From NCBI GenBank assembly GCA_013288445.1, contig JABDBX010000001.1:4838-68837 (forward strand): DNA of 64,000 nucleotides. The letters run 5' to 3'. A program made the translations under genes and the position numbers. This document shows positions 1 through 10,712 of this stretch, one piece after another. This DNA comes from Bacteroidota bacterium (GTDB lineage Bacteria > Bacteroidota > Bacteroidia > Chitinophagales > Chitinophagaceae). The notes below the pieces were generated by a model. It worked only from the letters and a program-made list of their open reading frames with translations. It did no database searches and was not told the DNA's origin. Position 1 is the first letter of the stretch, and each line of letters opens with the position of its first letter.

Positions 1-332
1 ATAGCATCGGCCACGCCATCGAGGAACTCCATGCTTCGGCCCAGGAATACGAGTTGCCCCTGCATGATCTCAATAAAAGCGCCCAGGGCCACCGCAATAA
101 AGAAAAGACCAAGCAGTGACGCGGCAGTGCGAATGGGCCTGGAGCAAAGCCACAAAAACGTGAAGCCGCCAAATAAAATGATGTGCGTCCACTTGTCGGC
201 TTCAGGAACTGCGACTTGAGGAATCTCCTCTCCGGGCAGAAAGCACGCAATAAAAATAAGCAAGGTCCAGAGTATAGCTAAGGACCTTGCCTGAATCTTA
301 TATGGGGAATCCGGTGAAAATATTTTCCGCAT
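1..332 (-). CDS. VanZ-like family membrane protein (3' end runs off window)
   Basis: Not in the ORF track. Manual translation from ATG at 332 gives MRKIFSPDSP...LWTLLIFIACFLPG...DKWTHIILFG...IEIMQG...GRSMEFLDGVADA, with the DKxxH, E..Q and R..D..AD motifs of VanZ. It lies immediately downstream of gcvH. Confidence 0.8.
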   Translation of the reverse strand, partial: MRKIFSPDSPYKIQARSLAILWTLLIFIACFLPGEEIPQVAVPEADKWTHIILFGGFTFLWLCSRPIRTAASLLGLFFIAVALGAFIEIMQGQLVFLGRSMEFLDGVADA

Positions 333-334
333 TA

Positions 335-712
335 TTAGCCTACAAGTTGCTTGTATGCAGTTGCGTCCAGGAGTTTGTCCACTTCTGAAAGGTTGCTTAA
401 TGTCATCTTCACCATCCAGCCTGCGCCATATGGGTCAGAGTTTACATTCTCCGGGTTTGCTTCCAACCCGGCATTTACTTCTGTAATAGTGCCGCTAACG
501 GGCAGGTAAAGGTCGGAAACCGTTTTAACGGCTTCTACCGTACCGAAAATTTCATTTTCAGCGAGCGGCTTTCCTACAGTCGGGATGTCCACAAACACTA
601 TGTCGCCGAGCTCGTGCTGCGCGAAATCAGTGATGCCAACAGTAGCGGTATTGCCTTCTACAAGTATCCATTCGTGGTCCTTGGTATAGCGTAAATTGTC
701 AGGAAATTGCAT
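335..712 (-). CDS. gcvH: Glycine cleavage system H protein
   Basis: [15 protein letters not shown], lipoyl motif [19 protein letters not shown]. Confidence 0.97.
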   Translation of the reverse strand: MQFPDNLRYTKDHEWILVEGNTATVGITDFAQHELGDIVFVDIPTVGKPLAENEIFGTVEAVKTVSDLYLPVSGTITEVNAGLEANPENVNSDPYGAGWMVKMTLSNLSEVDKLLDATAYKQLVG

Positions 713-830
713 TGTGGTATATTTTGAGGTAAAAATAGGGTAAAAAGTTAAAAGGGTAAAGAGCTAATTTGCTTTAAAGTTTCAAGATTATTTTATAGTT
801 TTATCTTTTATCATTGATAAAACAAACTTT

Positions 831-1661
831 ATGGGATTTTATAATCGTGTATCAAATGGCTGGGAAGTAGCCAAAACCAGTTTCCAGGTGCTTAGGGCAC
901 ACAAAGAGTTGATCGTATTCCCGATATTATCTGCAATATCCATACTGCTTGTGCTTGGGTCGTTTTGTACGCTCACGCTTTATAGCGCCGGGTGGAATGT
1001 TGACAACCTGCAGCTCAATAACAGGGCGTTGCTATACCTATGCATTTTCCTGTTCTACATTGTCAACTACTTCATTGTAGTGTTCTTCAATATGGCGCTG
1101 ATGCACTGCGCAAAATTGTATTTCGACGGGGAGGAAGTAACTGTTGCAAAGGGGCTCTCTTTTAGTCTTAGCCGCATTAAAGCGATACTATCCTGGGCGG
1201 TATTTGCAGCCACGGTGGGCGTGATCTTAAAAATAGCACAAGACAATTTGGGATGGATAGGGCGTATGATCATTTCGTTCGTGGGTATTGTATGGAGCGT
1301 GGCCACATTCTTTGTGATACCTGTGATAGCTTACGAGAACGTTGGGCCCTATGACGCACTGAAGCGCTCAGGTCATATAATGAGAGAAAAATGGGGAGAA
1401 GGGATAAGCGCCAATTTCAGCCTGGGGCTGGTGAGCCTTCTTTGCATTATTCCCGTGGCTGTAGTAGGTATGGGCGTCACGGCGTTGGTAAATGAAGGCT
1501 TGGGTATCGGTATAATGGTGGCAGGCGTTTTAGCCATCATTGCGGTATTCAGCGCGTTGCACAGCATTTTCATCAGCGCTATCTACAACAATATCAATGG
1601 GAACATCAACGACCATTTTAACCAGCAGATGATCGAGGGGCTTTTTGAGCCGAAACGTTAG
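831..1661 (+). CDS. Multi-pass membrane protein (DUF6159-like)
   Basis: About six hydrophobic segments, FPILS and WSVATFFVIPVI...ALKRS...WGE pattern. Confidence 0.7.
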   Translation: MGFYNRVSNGWEVAKTSFQVLRAHKELIVFPILSAISILLVLGSFCTLTLYSAGWNVDNLQLNNRALLYLCIFLFYIVNYFIVVFFNMALMHCAKLYFDGEEVTVAKGLSFSLSRIKAILSWAVFAATVGVILKIAQDNLGWIGRMIISFVGIVWSVATFFVIPVIAYENVGPYDALKRSGHIMREKWGEGISANFSLGLVSLLCIIPVAVVGMGVTALVNEGLGIGIMVAGVLAIIAVFSALHSIFISAIYNNINGNINDHFNQQMIEGLFEPKR

Positions 1662-1720
1662 TGGCTTTACGTACTCGACTGGCGGATGAGATAACTCACC
1701 TGTCTGCGAGTAAGTTGCCT

Positions 1721-2608
1721 CTATACGGTAACAGTCCTTATTTCGTCTTCGGTAAGCCCGGTTAATTTTGCGGTCATTTCTATGCTTAAACCGTTTTTTA
1801 AGCAATTTCTTGCTATTTCTAATTTCTCTTCCTTTACTTTTTCATCCACCATTTTGCTACCTATTTCTATTCCCTCTTCAACCCCTTCGCTCCTTGCAGT
1901 TTTCATCTGGTTTATATGATCCCGGTATGCCTTCAAGCCTGCGTAATAGGTAGCCTGGGCTTCTTCGCTCATTCTTGATAATTCCGCTTTTTCTATAGCT
2001 TCTATAAATACTACCTGGTCTTTAAATATCTCCGGTATCGCCTGAAAAGTTTCGAGGTTTTTAATAAAGAAAAGCCACTGGTCAAGCCTGGTTTCCAATT
2101 CATGTTCCTTCTTGTTGAAATTGGGCATTTCTAAATAGATATAAGTGAGCTTGTCGTAAACAGGCTTGTTATGCTGGTTTTTGAGGGTATGAGTATGTAC
2201 CACCTCGCCTATTTCCCCTTCATTTGTGTAATCGCTGAATTTAAAATCCAATAACCCTATACAGTACACAGCCTTTAAATTATAGTCCCAATCCCCTTTT
2301 ATAGCTTGTCCGCTTATCGGGAATGTAGAATAATAAATAGTGCGCTCAATAAAATAATTCTGCTTGGCTTTCTGTAGCTCCACGATAAATTTTTCACCCT
2401 TATCATTTTCGCAGTATATATCATAAACCGCTTTACGTTCATTTATCGTCACTGGCAATTGCTCCGTGTTTTTAAACGTCAGGTCTTTAATATGGGCGCT
2501 GGCAGGCAAAAGGGAGTTAAGAAAATCAATAAGAATTGTCTTATTGGCTTCTTCCCCAAAGATCTTCTTAAACCCGTAATCTGTGAAGATGTCTATATAC
2601 TTTGCCAT
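1721..2608 (-). CDS. Rpn family recombination-promoting nuclease / PD-(D/E)XK putative transposase
   Basis: TDYGFKKIFG, D...IVELQ nuclease core, ERTIYYS, YLEMPNF, LDQWLFFIK, EG-rich repeat and C-terminal HTH-like tail. Confidence 0.92.
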   Translation of the reverse strand: MAKYIDIFTDYGFKKIFGEEANKTILIDFLNSLLPASAHIKDLTFKNTEQLPVTINERKAVYDIYCENDKGEKFIVELQKAKQNYFIERTIYYSTFPISGQAIKGDWDYNLKAVYCIGLLDFKFSDYTNEGEIGEVVHTHTLKNQHNKPVYDKLTYIYLEMPNFNKKEHELETRLDQWLFFIKNLETFQAIPEIFKDQVVFIEAIEKAELSRMSEEAQATYYAGLKAYRDHINQMKTARSEGVEEGIEIGSKMVDEKVKEEKLEIARNCLKNGLSIEMTAKLTGLTEDEIRTVTV

Positions 2609-2685
2609 AGCACGCTATTTGTTCTGATAGCTATCAGAACGCAAATTTAAGAATTTATTCAGGGTTGACCATCTGTTGCTATTCA

Positions 2686-4068
2686 TTAATTTTTTATTGC
2701 GCCTACATAAAAGTCAATGATCTTTTTTTGCAGCATCATATTTATTGAGGCTGATATTTTGTTTTGGGCAGCCTGCAGCAGCACAAGTTGGGCATTGGCT
2801 TCGGTAATAAAATCGGTTGCTCCCTCTTTATATTGCCCGTTTACCGCTTCAAAAGCTTTTTGGGCGGCGGTATAGCCTACGCCTACCGTTTCCATTTGCT
2901 GCACAGCATTGTGGTAATCGTTGTGTGCCTGCCTGATGTTCGACACAACGCCTGTTTTTGTGTCCTGCAAGTCTATGCGGGCATTGTCAGCCACTATTTT
3001 TGCACCTGCAACACTCGTTTTTGTGTAGTACTTGTCAAAGATGTTCCACACTGCGTTGATGCCTACAAGCCCGTAGGTGTATTTGTATAGCTGGGTGGGT
3101 ATGTTTGGCTGGGAGCCGGGCTGCATATTTTCGCCATTAACGCTCAGTGTATTGAAGTAAGCACCATTGTTGTAAATGCCGCCGGCCAGGCTTACCTGTG
3201 GCAAATAACCGCTCGTATATTTTTTTGTGTTCCAGTCGGCCAGTTGTGTATTCAGGGTTGCCGACTTCAGGTCTATCCTGTTTTGCAACGCTTCCTGCAC
3301 CAGTGCATCACCATTGCCATAGCGTGCAGCATCGGCATTATCATCAATGGCCATGTCCAGTATATCGTAGTTGTCGGTCGAGTCGATACGAAGTTTCTGC
3401 AGCAGCAGTATTTTGTCGTTCTGCATGTGGCTTATCGCATTTATGAGCAGCAGCTTGTTGCTGCTGGTCTGCGCTTGTTGCTGGTACAGGTCGGTCTTTG
3501 GCTTCCTGCCCACTTCGTTGAGCGCAGTTAGCTGGTCTTCCCTTTTTAGCGAAGTAGAGAGGTTGCTGCTATCAAGGGCTATGATCTTCTTATCCAGTAT
3601 CACCTGTAAATAGGACTGGGTAATATCCAACTCTATCTGTTGCTTTGCAAGTTCTACGGTGAGGTTAGAAATATCCTGGTTCAGCTTGGCCGCTTTCCAA
3701 CTTGAATAATTGTAGTATCCCGTAAACAAGTTAATGCTACTGGTGAGCTGGTAGTTGAACTGGCTGCGGTTTTCATTGACCAACGCAGGGCCTGATGATG
3801 AGTAAAAATTATTGCCCCTGTCATAATTATAGCCGCCCGCCGCAATCAGATTTGGCAGGTATTGCCCATAGGTAGCCAATACCTGTGTGCCCGCATAGGC
3901 AACATTGTTATTGCCCTTTAGTACCGCAGTGGACCTTTCCAGTGCTATATGGATGCAATCCGGCAGGCTCAATAATTTTACCGAGGATTGCTGTGCGGTG
4001 GCATTCATCGCTGTAACGACAAAAGCAAATGCCGTGACGCTATACTTCATGTTCTTAATACTGATCAT
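2686..4068 (-). CDS. TolC family outer-membrane efflux protein
   Basis: Signal peptide, LSLPDCIHIALE, two YLP repeats; last gene of the RND operon, 4-bp overlap with the MFP gene. Confidence 0.9.
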   Translation of the reverse strand: MISIKNMKYSVTAFAFVVTAMNATAQQSSVKLLSLPDCIHIALERSTAVLKGNNNVAYAGTQVLATYGQYLPNLIAAGGYNYDRGNNFYSSSGPALVNENRSQFNYQLTSSINLFTGYYNYSSWKAAKLNQDISNLTVELAKQQIELDITQSYLQVILDKKIIALDSSNLSTSLKREDQLTALNEVGRKPKTDLYQQQAQTSSNKLLLINAISHMQNDKILLLQKLRIDSTDNYDILDMAIDDNADAARYGNGDALVQEALQNRIDLKSATLNTQLADWNTKKYTSGYLPQVSLAGGIYNNGAYFNTLSVNGENMQPGSQPNIPTQLYKYTYGLVGINAVWNIFDKYYTKTSVAGAKIVADNARIDLQDTKTGVVSNIRQAHNDYHNAVQQMETVGVGYTAAQKAFEAVNGQYKEGATDFITEANAQLVLLQAAQNKISASINMMLQKKIIDFYVGAIKN

Positions 4069-5174
4069 AATTGTACGTTTACTTTTTGTCCTTCGGGAAG
4101 TTCAGGGCTTACATTCAGCCCAACGACATCGCCTGTGTTTACACCGCTTATTATAGATACACGAACGCCATCGTTGTTGTTTACCACAACCGGTTGATAG
4201 TGCAGTTGGTTGTTGTTGCTGATAACAGGAACGAAAAATTTCCCGGCCCGTATCACCAAAGCTTCGGATGGAATTGTTAGGTATTTTTTTTCAGGCGCCT
4301 GGAAGGCTACCTGCAAATAGCTTCCCGGTATTATGGCGTTGTCCTTATTAGGGATATCAATTTCGGCAAGCATCATGCGGGTCTTGGGATCAAGCTCGCC
4401 GGCTATGCGCGTAACACTGGCTTTTATTTTGATAGCCGGGTTCTCGGTGAGCGAGATGGTAACGGGATACCCTTCGCGCAGGAATGATGCATCAGTTTGC
4501 GAGATATAAACGTAGATGCGTATCTTATCTAACTGGGACAGCGTGACCACTGCCTGTGCGCTGGTTTGCGAGTTAGTGGCATTCTGAAGTAATGCACCGG
4601 GATCTGCGAAACGGGCGGTCACAGTACCCGCGAATGGGGCTGTGATATTTTTGTATTGCATCTGCTCTCTCAGGGACTGCACCTGTGCTTCTGCAACCTT
4701 TACCGTTGTTTCGCTGGCATCGGCATCTTCTTTCGAGATATAGTCCTTCTGTACCAGGGCCTGGTCGCGCTTCATTATTTTCTTTTTATTTTCCAGGTCG
4801 GCAAGGGCTGCATTGTAAGCCTGGTCTATCTCCGGCGATATGATGGTGGCGAGCAACTGGCCTTGCCTTACTTTGTCGCCCTTGTCCACCAGTATCTTAT
4901 TCATATAGCCGCTGGTCTTGGCATACAACGTTACACTCTGGAAAGGGCGCGCCTCGCCGATAAGTGACAGCCCTTTGTCGGCAGCCGACATACCTGCTTT
5001 TATTGCTTTCACCACGGGGCCGTTTTGAATAGACTTTACCCTGTTGGCGCTTTCCTTTTCAAGAGCGGCGTTTTGTTTATTCATCATATACAGCAACCCG
5101 AATGCGGCCACTGCTATTATAACTACGCCACCTATCCAGAGCCTTGTTTTGCTATTATCTTTTTTATTGCTCAT
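4065..5174 (-). CDS. RND efflux periplasmic adaptor (MFP)
   Basis: LYAKTSGY...VDKGDKV lipoyl-like halves, ITAPFAGTVT, LDPKTRMM. Confidence 0.93.
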   Translation of the reverse strand: MSNKKDNSKTRLWIGGVVIIAVAAFGLLYMMNKQNAALEKESANRVKSIQNGPVVKAIKAGMSAADKGLSLIGEARPFQSVTLYAKTSGYMNKILVDKGDKVRQGQLLATIISPEIDQAYNAALADLENKKKIMKRDQALVQKDYISKEDADASETTVKVAEAQVQSLREQMQYKNITAPFAGTVTARFADPGALLQNATNSQTSAQAVVTLSQLDKIRIYVYISQTDASFLREGYPVTISLTENPAIKIKASVTRIAGELDPKTRMMLAEIDIPNKDNAIIPGSYLQVAFQAPEKKYLTIPSEALVIRAGKFFVPVISNNNQLHYQPVVVNNNDGVRVSIISGVNTGDVVGLNVSPELPEGQKVNVQL

Positions 5175-5199
5175 AATCTTTGTTTTGAAAAAAATGATC

Positions 5200-8100
5200 T
5201 TATTCTTGTTCCTTAGTATTTACAGAAGCGCCGGGTATCAATACTGCATGGGCCTCTTCCACTTCGTCATAGCGCATGGTCTCAAGCGCAAATTGTTCAT
5301 CGAGCTTATTGCGCTGTGGCGGGCTTTTTCTCAGCAGGGAATAAATTACCGGCACAATAAACAACGTTACTACAGTAGCTACAATAAGACCGCCCATTAC
5401 TGCGCGACCAAGCGGGGCATTCTGTTCGCCACCCGCCCCTGTGCCCAACGCCATAGGTATCATACCCAGCACCATAGCAAGGGCAGTCATCAATACAGGG
5501 CGCAACCTTGTTTTACCTGCCTCCAGTGCGGCTTCTATGGCGTTCAGCCCTTTCTCCACCCGCACCTCATTGGCGAAGCTTACGAGCAGAATGGAGTTGG
5601 ATACAGCAATACCCACCGCCACAATAGAGCCCATGAGCGATACGGTATTAATGGTAGTACCGGTGATAGCCAGCATCCATAAAATGCCCACAAACGCGCC
5701 GGGCACTGAAAACAATATGATAAAGGGATCGATCCAGGTCTGGAACAAGACCACCATCAGCAAGTACACCAATATCACCGAAATGATAAGACCGAGGCCA
5801 AGGGTTTTAAACGTGCTGTTCATCACCTCTGGCTGGCCGCGCATAAAAATGTGCATACCTACCGGAAGCTTGCCTATGTGGGCTATTTTCTTTTCAATAT
5901 CATCGGCCACCGAACCCATATCACGGCCCTCTACATTGGCGGTAACATCCATTACCCGCTGCACTGTATAGTGGCTGATAACATCGTACTGGTTTTCGTA
6001 ACTGATAGAAGCGAGATTGCCCAGTGTTTGCGTTTGCGATGTAGGTGCATCGGTAAGCCCGGATGAAGCGACTGATTGCTCACTGCTGGTCACCGGGGTA
6101 TTTAGTATGTTGTTTATAGAGTTCAGGTCCTGGTAAGGTATCTTCACAGCTACTTGATAGTTTACATTATTCACCGGGTTGATGTAGAATGAGGGCGACA
6201 CAGTAGCGTTTGACGACAGTGCCACGAGCATGGAGTTGGCCACATCTTTCTGGCTCAGGCCAAGTTCCTGCGCCCGCGCGCGGTCCACGTTGAACTTCAT
6301 TGTTGGGTAGTCGAGTATCTGCTTTATGTTCACGTCTGTTGCGCCTGGTATGGTGCGCATGGCATTTTTGAGCATCACGGCATACTTAAATGAAGTATCG
6401 TAGTTGTTGTTCATTATCTGTATGTCGATAGGCGCCGACACACCGAAATTCAGCACCTGGCTCACAATATCGGCCGACTGGAAGTAAATAGCGCAGCCGG
6501 GGAAATGCTCATTGAGATCGTTGCGTATCTGCTTCACATATTCGTTAGTGGGCTTGTGGCCCTTGTTCAACGAGATAAGAATATCGGCATCCATGCTGCT
6601 GGTATTGTCCGTTTGCACGAATGCAAGGTTGTAGAAGAGCGGCACGCCTATCATATCATTAACTGCGCCGAGGTCTTTCTTGCCTATTATGTTTTGTATA
6701 TGGGCTTCGGCAGAGTCAACCAGGCGTTCGGTTTCTTCAATACGCGTACCTACGGGCGCCCTGAAGTGTAGCTTCATCATTCCGGTATCCGTATTCGGAA
6801 AGAAGTCGGTACCAATTACTTTGACGAGAAAAACGGAAATGATCAGTATGCCTACAGTAATAAGCAATACAGCCGGCCTGTTCTTCAGGAACGTATGAAG
6901 TATGCGCCCATAGCGGTCCTTAAAATTATCGAAACGCCTGTCTCGCTCCATATTGAATTTATGGGAGAACATTTTGAACCTGCTGCCGTCCACCGGCGGC
7001 TCTGTGCCGTGATGCTCGCCTGCCATGAGCATACGGGCAAGTACCGGCACCAATGTGCGCGACAGGATATAAGACGCCATCATGGAAATAACCACCGACA
7101 GCGCCATAGCCTGGAACAGATATTTGGAAGGCCCGGTGAGCAATATCACGGGGAAGAACACGATACAAATGGCCAGTGTGGCCATAAGCGCGGGTACTGC
7201 TATCTGCTGCGCGCCGTCAAGTATGGCTATTGTGAGTGGTTTACCCAGCCCCCGGTTCCGGTGTATGTTCTCCACCTCCACAGTAGCATCGTCCACCAGC
7301 ATACCAATGGCAAGAGAAAGGCCGCCAAGCGTCATTATGTTCAGTGAATTGCCGGTAAGCTTCAGCACAATGATGGCTACCAATATAGAAAGCGGTATGG
7401 AGGTACACACGATAACCATGCTGCGCCAGCTACCGAGGAAAAACATGATCATGAGCGATACAAGCAAGGCCCCTATAATGGCTTCATGCAACACGCTTTC
7501 TATAGAGTTTTCCACGAACACAGACTGGTCGAAATCCACTTTAAGATCCAGGCCATCGGGCGCGGTTTCTTTTATCACCGGTATCATGGCCTTGGCAGCC
7601 TCTACAACCATCAATGTGGAAGCGTTTGATTTTTTGAGTATGGATAGATACGCGGCCCTGCCGCGATCCACACGCACAATGTTTACCTGGTCGGCAAAGC
7701 CGTCTGATATTTTGGCAACCTGCCCAAGTGTGACGATCTGGCCATTCACATACTTCACCGGGATATTGTCAAAGTCTTTCACCTGGTCGGGGCTGGAGTT
7801 AAGCTGCACGGTATATTCCCGCAGGCCGATACGCGCTGTGCCCGCCGGAATGATGAGGTTAGAATTTTGCAATGCATTCAGCAGGTCCACCGGCGAAAGC
7901 CCTTTTGCCTGCATAGCCCTGATGTCTGCATCCACCACTATCTCTCTCATTTTGCCGCCAAAAGGGGCAGGCGTGGCCAGGCCGGGAATGGTGAACAGGC
8001 GCAGGCGAATGAAGTTGAGCGCGTAGTCGAATATTTTGTCTTCGCTAAGTGTTTTGCTGGACATAGTGATCTGTGCTACCGGCACGTTGGTGGCATTGAA

Positions 8101-8493
8101 CTGGAGGATAACGGGAAGTTGAATGCCCGGCGGCATACCATGTATGGAGGTGCCTGCCACGGCCGACATCTGCGCAATGGCAGCACCAATATCAGCACCT
8201 TTTTCAAAGTAAACCCTTAGTATGCCAATACCCGGCTGCGACTGTGATTCTATCTTTTCTACACCGTTAACGGATGAAGAAATACCACGCTCGCTGAGGT
8301 AAACTACTTTCTTTTCCATTTCTGCGGCAGAAAGGCCGGGATAGGTCCAGATAACGGAAACAACAGGAATATCGATGACCGGGAAAATGTCGATCATCAT
8401 TGATTTTATGGCCATGATCCCCATGAGCATAATGAGGAAGGCCATAACCCCAACGGTATAAGGTCGCCTTAATGCGAGTCGTACTATCCACAT
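5200..8493 (-). CDS. RND efflux permease (AcrB/CusA superfamily)
   Basis: 1097 aa; ALRRPYT, DIFPVIDIP, GMLVDDATVEVEN, RLRPVLMT. Confidence 0.96.
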   Translation of the reverse strand: MWIVRLALRRPYTVGVMAFLIMLMGIMAIKSMMIDIFPVIDIPVVSVIWTYPGLSAAEMEKKVVYLSERGISSSVNGVEKIESQSQPGIGILRVYFEKGADIGAAIAQMSAVAGTSIHGMPPGIQLPVILQFNATNVPVAQITMSSKTLSEDKIFDYALNFIRLRLFTIPGLATPAPFGGKMREIVVDADIRAMQAKGLSPVDLLNALQNSNLIIPAGTARIGLREYTVQLNSSPDQVKDFDNIPVKYVNGQIVTLGQVAKISDGFADQVNIVRVDRGRAAYLSILKKSNASTLMVVEAAKAMIPVIKETAPDGLDLKVDFDQSVFVENSIESVLHEAIIGALLVSLMIMFFLGSWRSMVIVCTSIPLSILVAIIVLKLTGNSLNIMTLGGLSLAIGMLVDDATVEVENIHRNRGLGKPLTIAILDGAQQIAVPALMATLAICIVFFPVILLTGPSKYLFQAMALSVVISMMASYILSRTLVPVLARMLMAGEHHGTEPPVDGSRFKMFSHKFNMERDRRFDNFKDRYGRILHTFLKNRPAVLLITVGILIISVFLVKVIGTDFFPNTDTGMMKLHFRAPVGTRIEETERLVDSAEAHIQNIIGKKDLGAVNDMIGVPLFYNLAFVQTDNTSSMDADILISLNKGHKPTNEYVKQIRNDLNEHFPGCAIYFQSADIVSQVLNFGVSAPIDIQIMNNNYDTSFKYAVMLKNAMRTIPGATDVNIKQILDYPTMKFNVDRARAQELGLSQKDVANSMLVALSSNATVSPSFYINPVNNVNYQVAVKIPYQDLNSINNILNTPVTSSEQSVASSGLTDAPTSQTQTLGNLASISYENQYDVISHYTVQRVMDVTANVEGRDMGSVADDIEKKIAHIGKLPVGMHIFMRGQPEVMNSTFKTLGLGLIISVILVYLLMVVLFQTWIDPFIILFSVPGAFVGILWMLAITGTTINTVSLMGSIVAVGIAVSNSILLVSFANEVRVEKGLNAIEAALEAGKTRLRPVLMTALAMVLGMIPMALGTGAGGEQNAPLGRAVMGGLIVATVVTLFIVPVIYSLLRKSPPQRNKLDEQFALETMRYDEVEEAHAVLIPGASVNTKEQE

Positions 8494-8656
8494 AAAATTT
8501 ACTATTGAACTTTGAAACTACTGCGGTAACAATCCAGGGTTATCAGGACAAGGCCGACACGTGCAGGGCTTGTAGAAGGCGTGGCATTACTATACTTTGC
8601 AAGGGGTGGATCTGCGAGTTCGGTATCTTAATTTAGCTTAGAATACTGCCTCAACA

Positions 8657-8686
8657 TGTCATGGTTCGACGGGGCTCACCATGACA
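8657..8686. repeat. REP-like imperfect palindrome TGTCATGGTTCGACGGGGCTCACCATGACA
   Basis: TGTCATGGT / ACCATGACA arms around a TTCGAC...GCTC core; single copy in the window. Confidence 0.55.
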
Positions 8687-8750
8687 GAATTCCTATTGGG
8701 CTATCGTGTAAACAGACACTAAATGCCCCTTGCCAAGTATAGAAAGGGTA

Positions 8751-9167
8751 TCAGACCTGCAGATGGCGATACTGAAGATAGAGCGGCACGGTGCCGGTAG
8801 CGCCGGGACTTTGGTCGCCGACCAGATACTCTTCGTCCTTCCTTTTGAATAGCAGAAGGGAAGCAAGAGAAATAAAAAGAGGTAGGTAGAAAGAAGCAAA
8901 ATGAGTATCGCCATTACCACCCGCAAACCGTTGCACCACTGGGGGTGGCATTACCTGTAGCTGGTTATGCTTGTCGGCAATGCTGCAATCTTTGACGTCT
9001 TTTGTAGCTATTTGCGGGCCCGATGTGGACTCTGTAAGCGGCGTGTGCTTGTATAGCTGCAGCCGTATATACTTTTTTACCGGGCAGGAGAATACAACAA
9101 AGAAAATAGCCAGCCCCAGCCACAAATGGCGGGATAGCCCAGATCTTTTATAAACGTCGTATCTCAT
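8751..9167 (-). CDS. Hypothetical membrane protein leading the RND operon
   Basis: 138 aa ORF with two hydrophobic segments, SCPVKK motif and C-terminal PLYLQYRHLQV; co-oriented upstream of the RND permease. Confidence 0.6.
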   Translation of the reverse strand: MRYDVYKRSGLSRHLWLGLAIFFVVFSCPVKKYIRLQLYKHTPLTESTSGPQIATKDVKDCSIADKHNQLQVMPPPVVQRFAGGNGDTHFASFYLPLFISLASLLLFKRKDEEYLVGDQSPGATGTVPLYLQYRHLQV

Positions 9168-9180
9168 GGTAAAGCGGGTG

Positions 9181-9228
9181 CAAAGGTAGGATTATAAAAA
9201 TTTATCAGAAAAATATATTTCTGATAAA
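9181..9228 (-). promoter_or_regulatory. Bacteroidota -7 box (TACCTTTG, 9188-9181) with an upstream 11-6-11 inverted repeat, probable operator
   Basis: TTTATCAGAAA-AATATA-TTTCTGATAAA at 9201-9228 covers the expected -33 region. Confidence 0.55.
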
Positions 9229-9269
9229 CTTCTTAATGAAGTCTTAAAATGAGAACATGCAATGAAAAA

Positions 9270-10658
9270 CTAGTTTTTTACAAACATTTTGTTACCGCAA
9301 GGATTGCCTTCGCGGTACAGGCTGATAATGTAACTACCATTAGCAAGCGTACTTATATCGACATTTTGTGTGCCGGTATTCATGCTGCCGTCCAAAACAA
9401 TTTGCCCAAGCAAATTTTTAATGCTGTATCTGTCTGCATTTATGCTTGTGGGATTGCTAATGGTAATGCTTGTAGTAGCAGGGTTAGGGTATATGCGTAG
9501 CTCCTCCTTGGGGGTGGAAACAAAGGGCACACCCGTAGTATTCCGGCAGCTATCGTAGTGTATATACCGCACACACCGGTTACGTTCATCGGCTATATAT
9601 AGACCGGTATGCGGGTCTATGCAAATGAAGGCAGGCCAGTATAGTTCTGCGGCTGTGGCCGGACCATCATCCCCGCTGTAGCCCCCGGTGGCTGTGCTAC
9701 TTGTACCTGCCCCATATCCAGTACCAGCAATGGTGGTAATGATGCCCTGGTCATTCACCATTCTGATACGATTATTATAACCATCTGATATATATATATT
9801 TCCGCAGGCATCTGGAAATACACCGGTTGGGGAATTCAGGCCACCCGCAGTTGCCGGGCCGCCATCGCCCAGGTAGGTCGGCATTCCTCCTGCACTTGAA
9901 CCCGCCACGGTTGTGATTATACCAGTAGCATCAATCTTTCTGACACGGTTATCATTAGCGTCTGTCAAAAACAGATTGCCATATGTGTCAAAAGCAATCT
10001 GATATACGTCGCTTATACTAGCATTGGTAGCAGGTCCACCATCGCCACTAAACCCTCCGGCTCCATTTCCAGCGAAGTTAGTAATGATACCAAACGTGTC
10101 AACCTTCAGTATATGCAATGACATCGATATGTATATATTGCATAAAGCATCGCTACAGACACAGTACACTTCGCCAATAGTAGCTGCCGTTGCAGGGCCA
10201 CCGCCCATGAAAGTTCCCAACATGCCATTCCCGGCAAAGGTGGTGATGATGCCTGCTGTATCCACTCTACGCACCCTGTGATTGGCCGCATCGGCAATAT
10301 AAGTGTTACCTTTTTTATCAAAGCAAATACCCTCCGGCACGTATAAACGAGCTGCTGTGGCCGCGCCGCCATCGCCGCTGAAGCCTGCGGTATCGTTTCC
10401 GGCAAATGCCGTAATAATACCTGCGCTGCTTATTTTCCGCACGGTATTATTCTCGCTACCCACAAAAATATAACCGCTGTCATTTATGGCTATCCCATGC
10501 ACGCAACCCAACACTGCCCCTGTTGCCGGGCTACCATTTCCCATATCGGCAATACAGGTGCCGGTTCCATTTCCTGCTATGGTGGTAATTATCTGTGCAA
10601 AGGTTGGGGAAATAGTAAATAGGCATAGTAATAATGTGGTTAGTGAAAATCTATTCAT
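9270..10658 (-). CDS. NHL-repeat (teneurin-like beta-propeller) protein with T9SS type A sorting domain
   Basis: Signal peptide, repeated ITTIAG...GFSGDGGPATAA and YIADxxNxRVR, C-terminal IYPNPAT...NLLGQIV...KMFVKN. Confidence 0.9.
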   Translation of the reverse strand: MNRFSLTTLLLCLFTISPTFAQIITTIAGNGTGTCIADMGNGSPATGAVLGCVHGIAINDSGYIFVGSENNTVRKISSAGIITAFAGNDTAGFSGDGGAATAARLYVPEGICFDKKGNTYIADAANHRVRRVDTAGIITTFAGNGMLGTFMGGGPATAATIGEVYCVCSDALCNIYISMSLHILKVDTFGIITNFAGNGAGGFSGDGGPATNASISDVYQIAFDTYGNLFLTDANDNRVRKIDATGIITTVAGSSAGGMPTYLGDGGPATAGGLNSPTGVFPDACGNIYISDGYNNRIRMVNDQGIITTIAGTGYGAGTSSTATGGYSGDDGPATAAELYWPAFICIDPHTGLYIADERNRCVRYIHYDSCRNTTGVPFVSTPKEELRIYPNPATTSITISNPTSINADRYSIKNLLGQIVLDGSMNTGTQNVDISTLANGSYIISLYREGNPCGNKMFVKN

Positions 10659-10712
10659 AAGCGGTTGTTTTGATGATGACTTATTCCTGATCTTCCACCG
10701 AACGAAGTTGCT

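Noticed and set aside
5044-8220. Long + strand ORFs (e.g. 7082-8026)
   Set aside because: Antisense to the RND permease; explained by codon bias.
9270-10658. NHL repeats or triplicated paralogs as diversity-generating retroelement targets
   Set aside because: No reverse transcriptase and no near-identical template/variable repeat pair with adenine-specific differences was seen.
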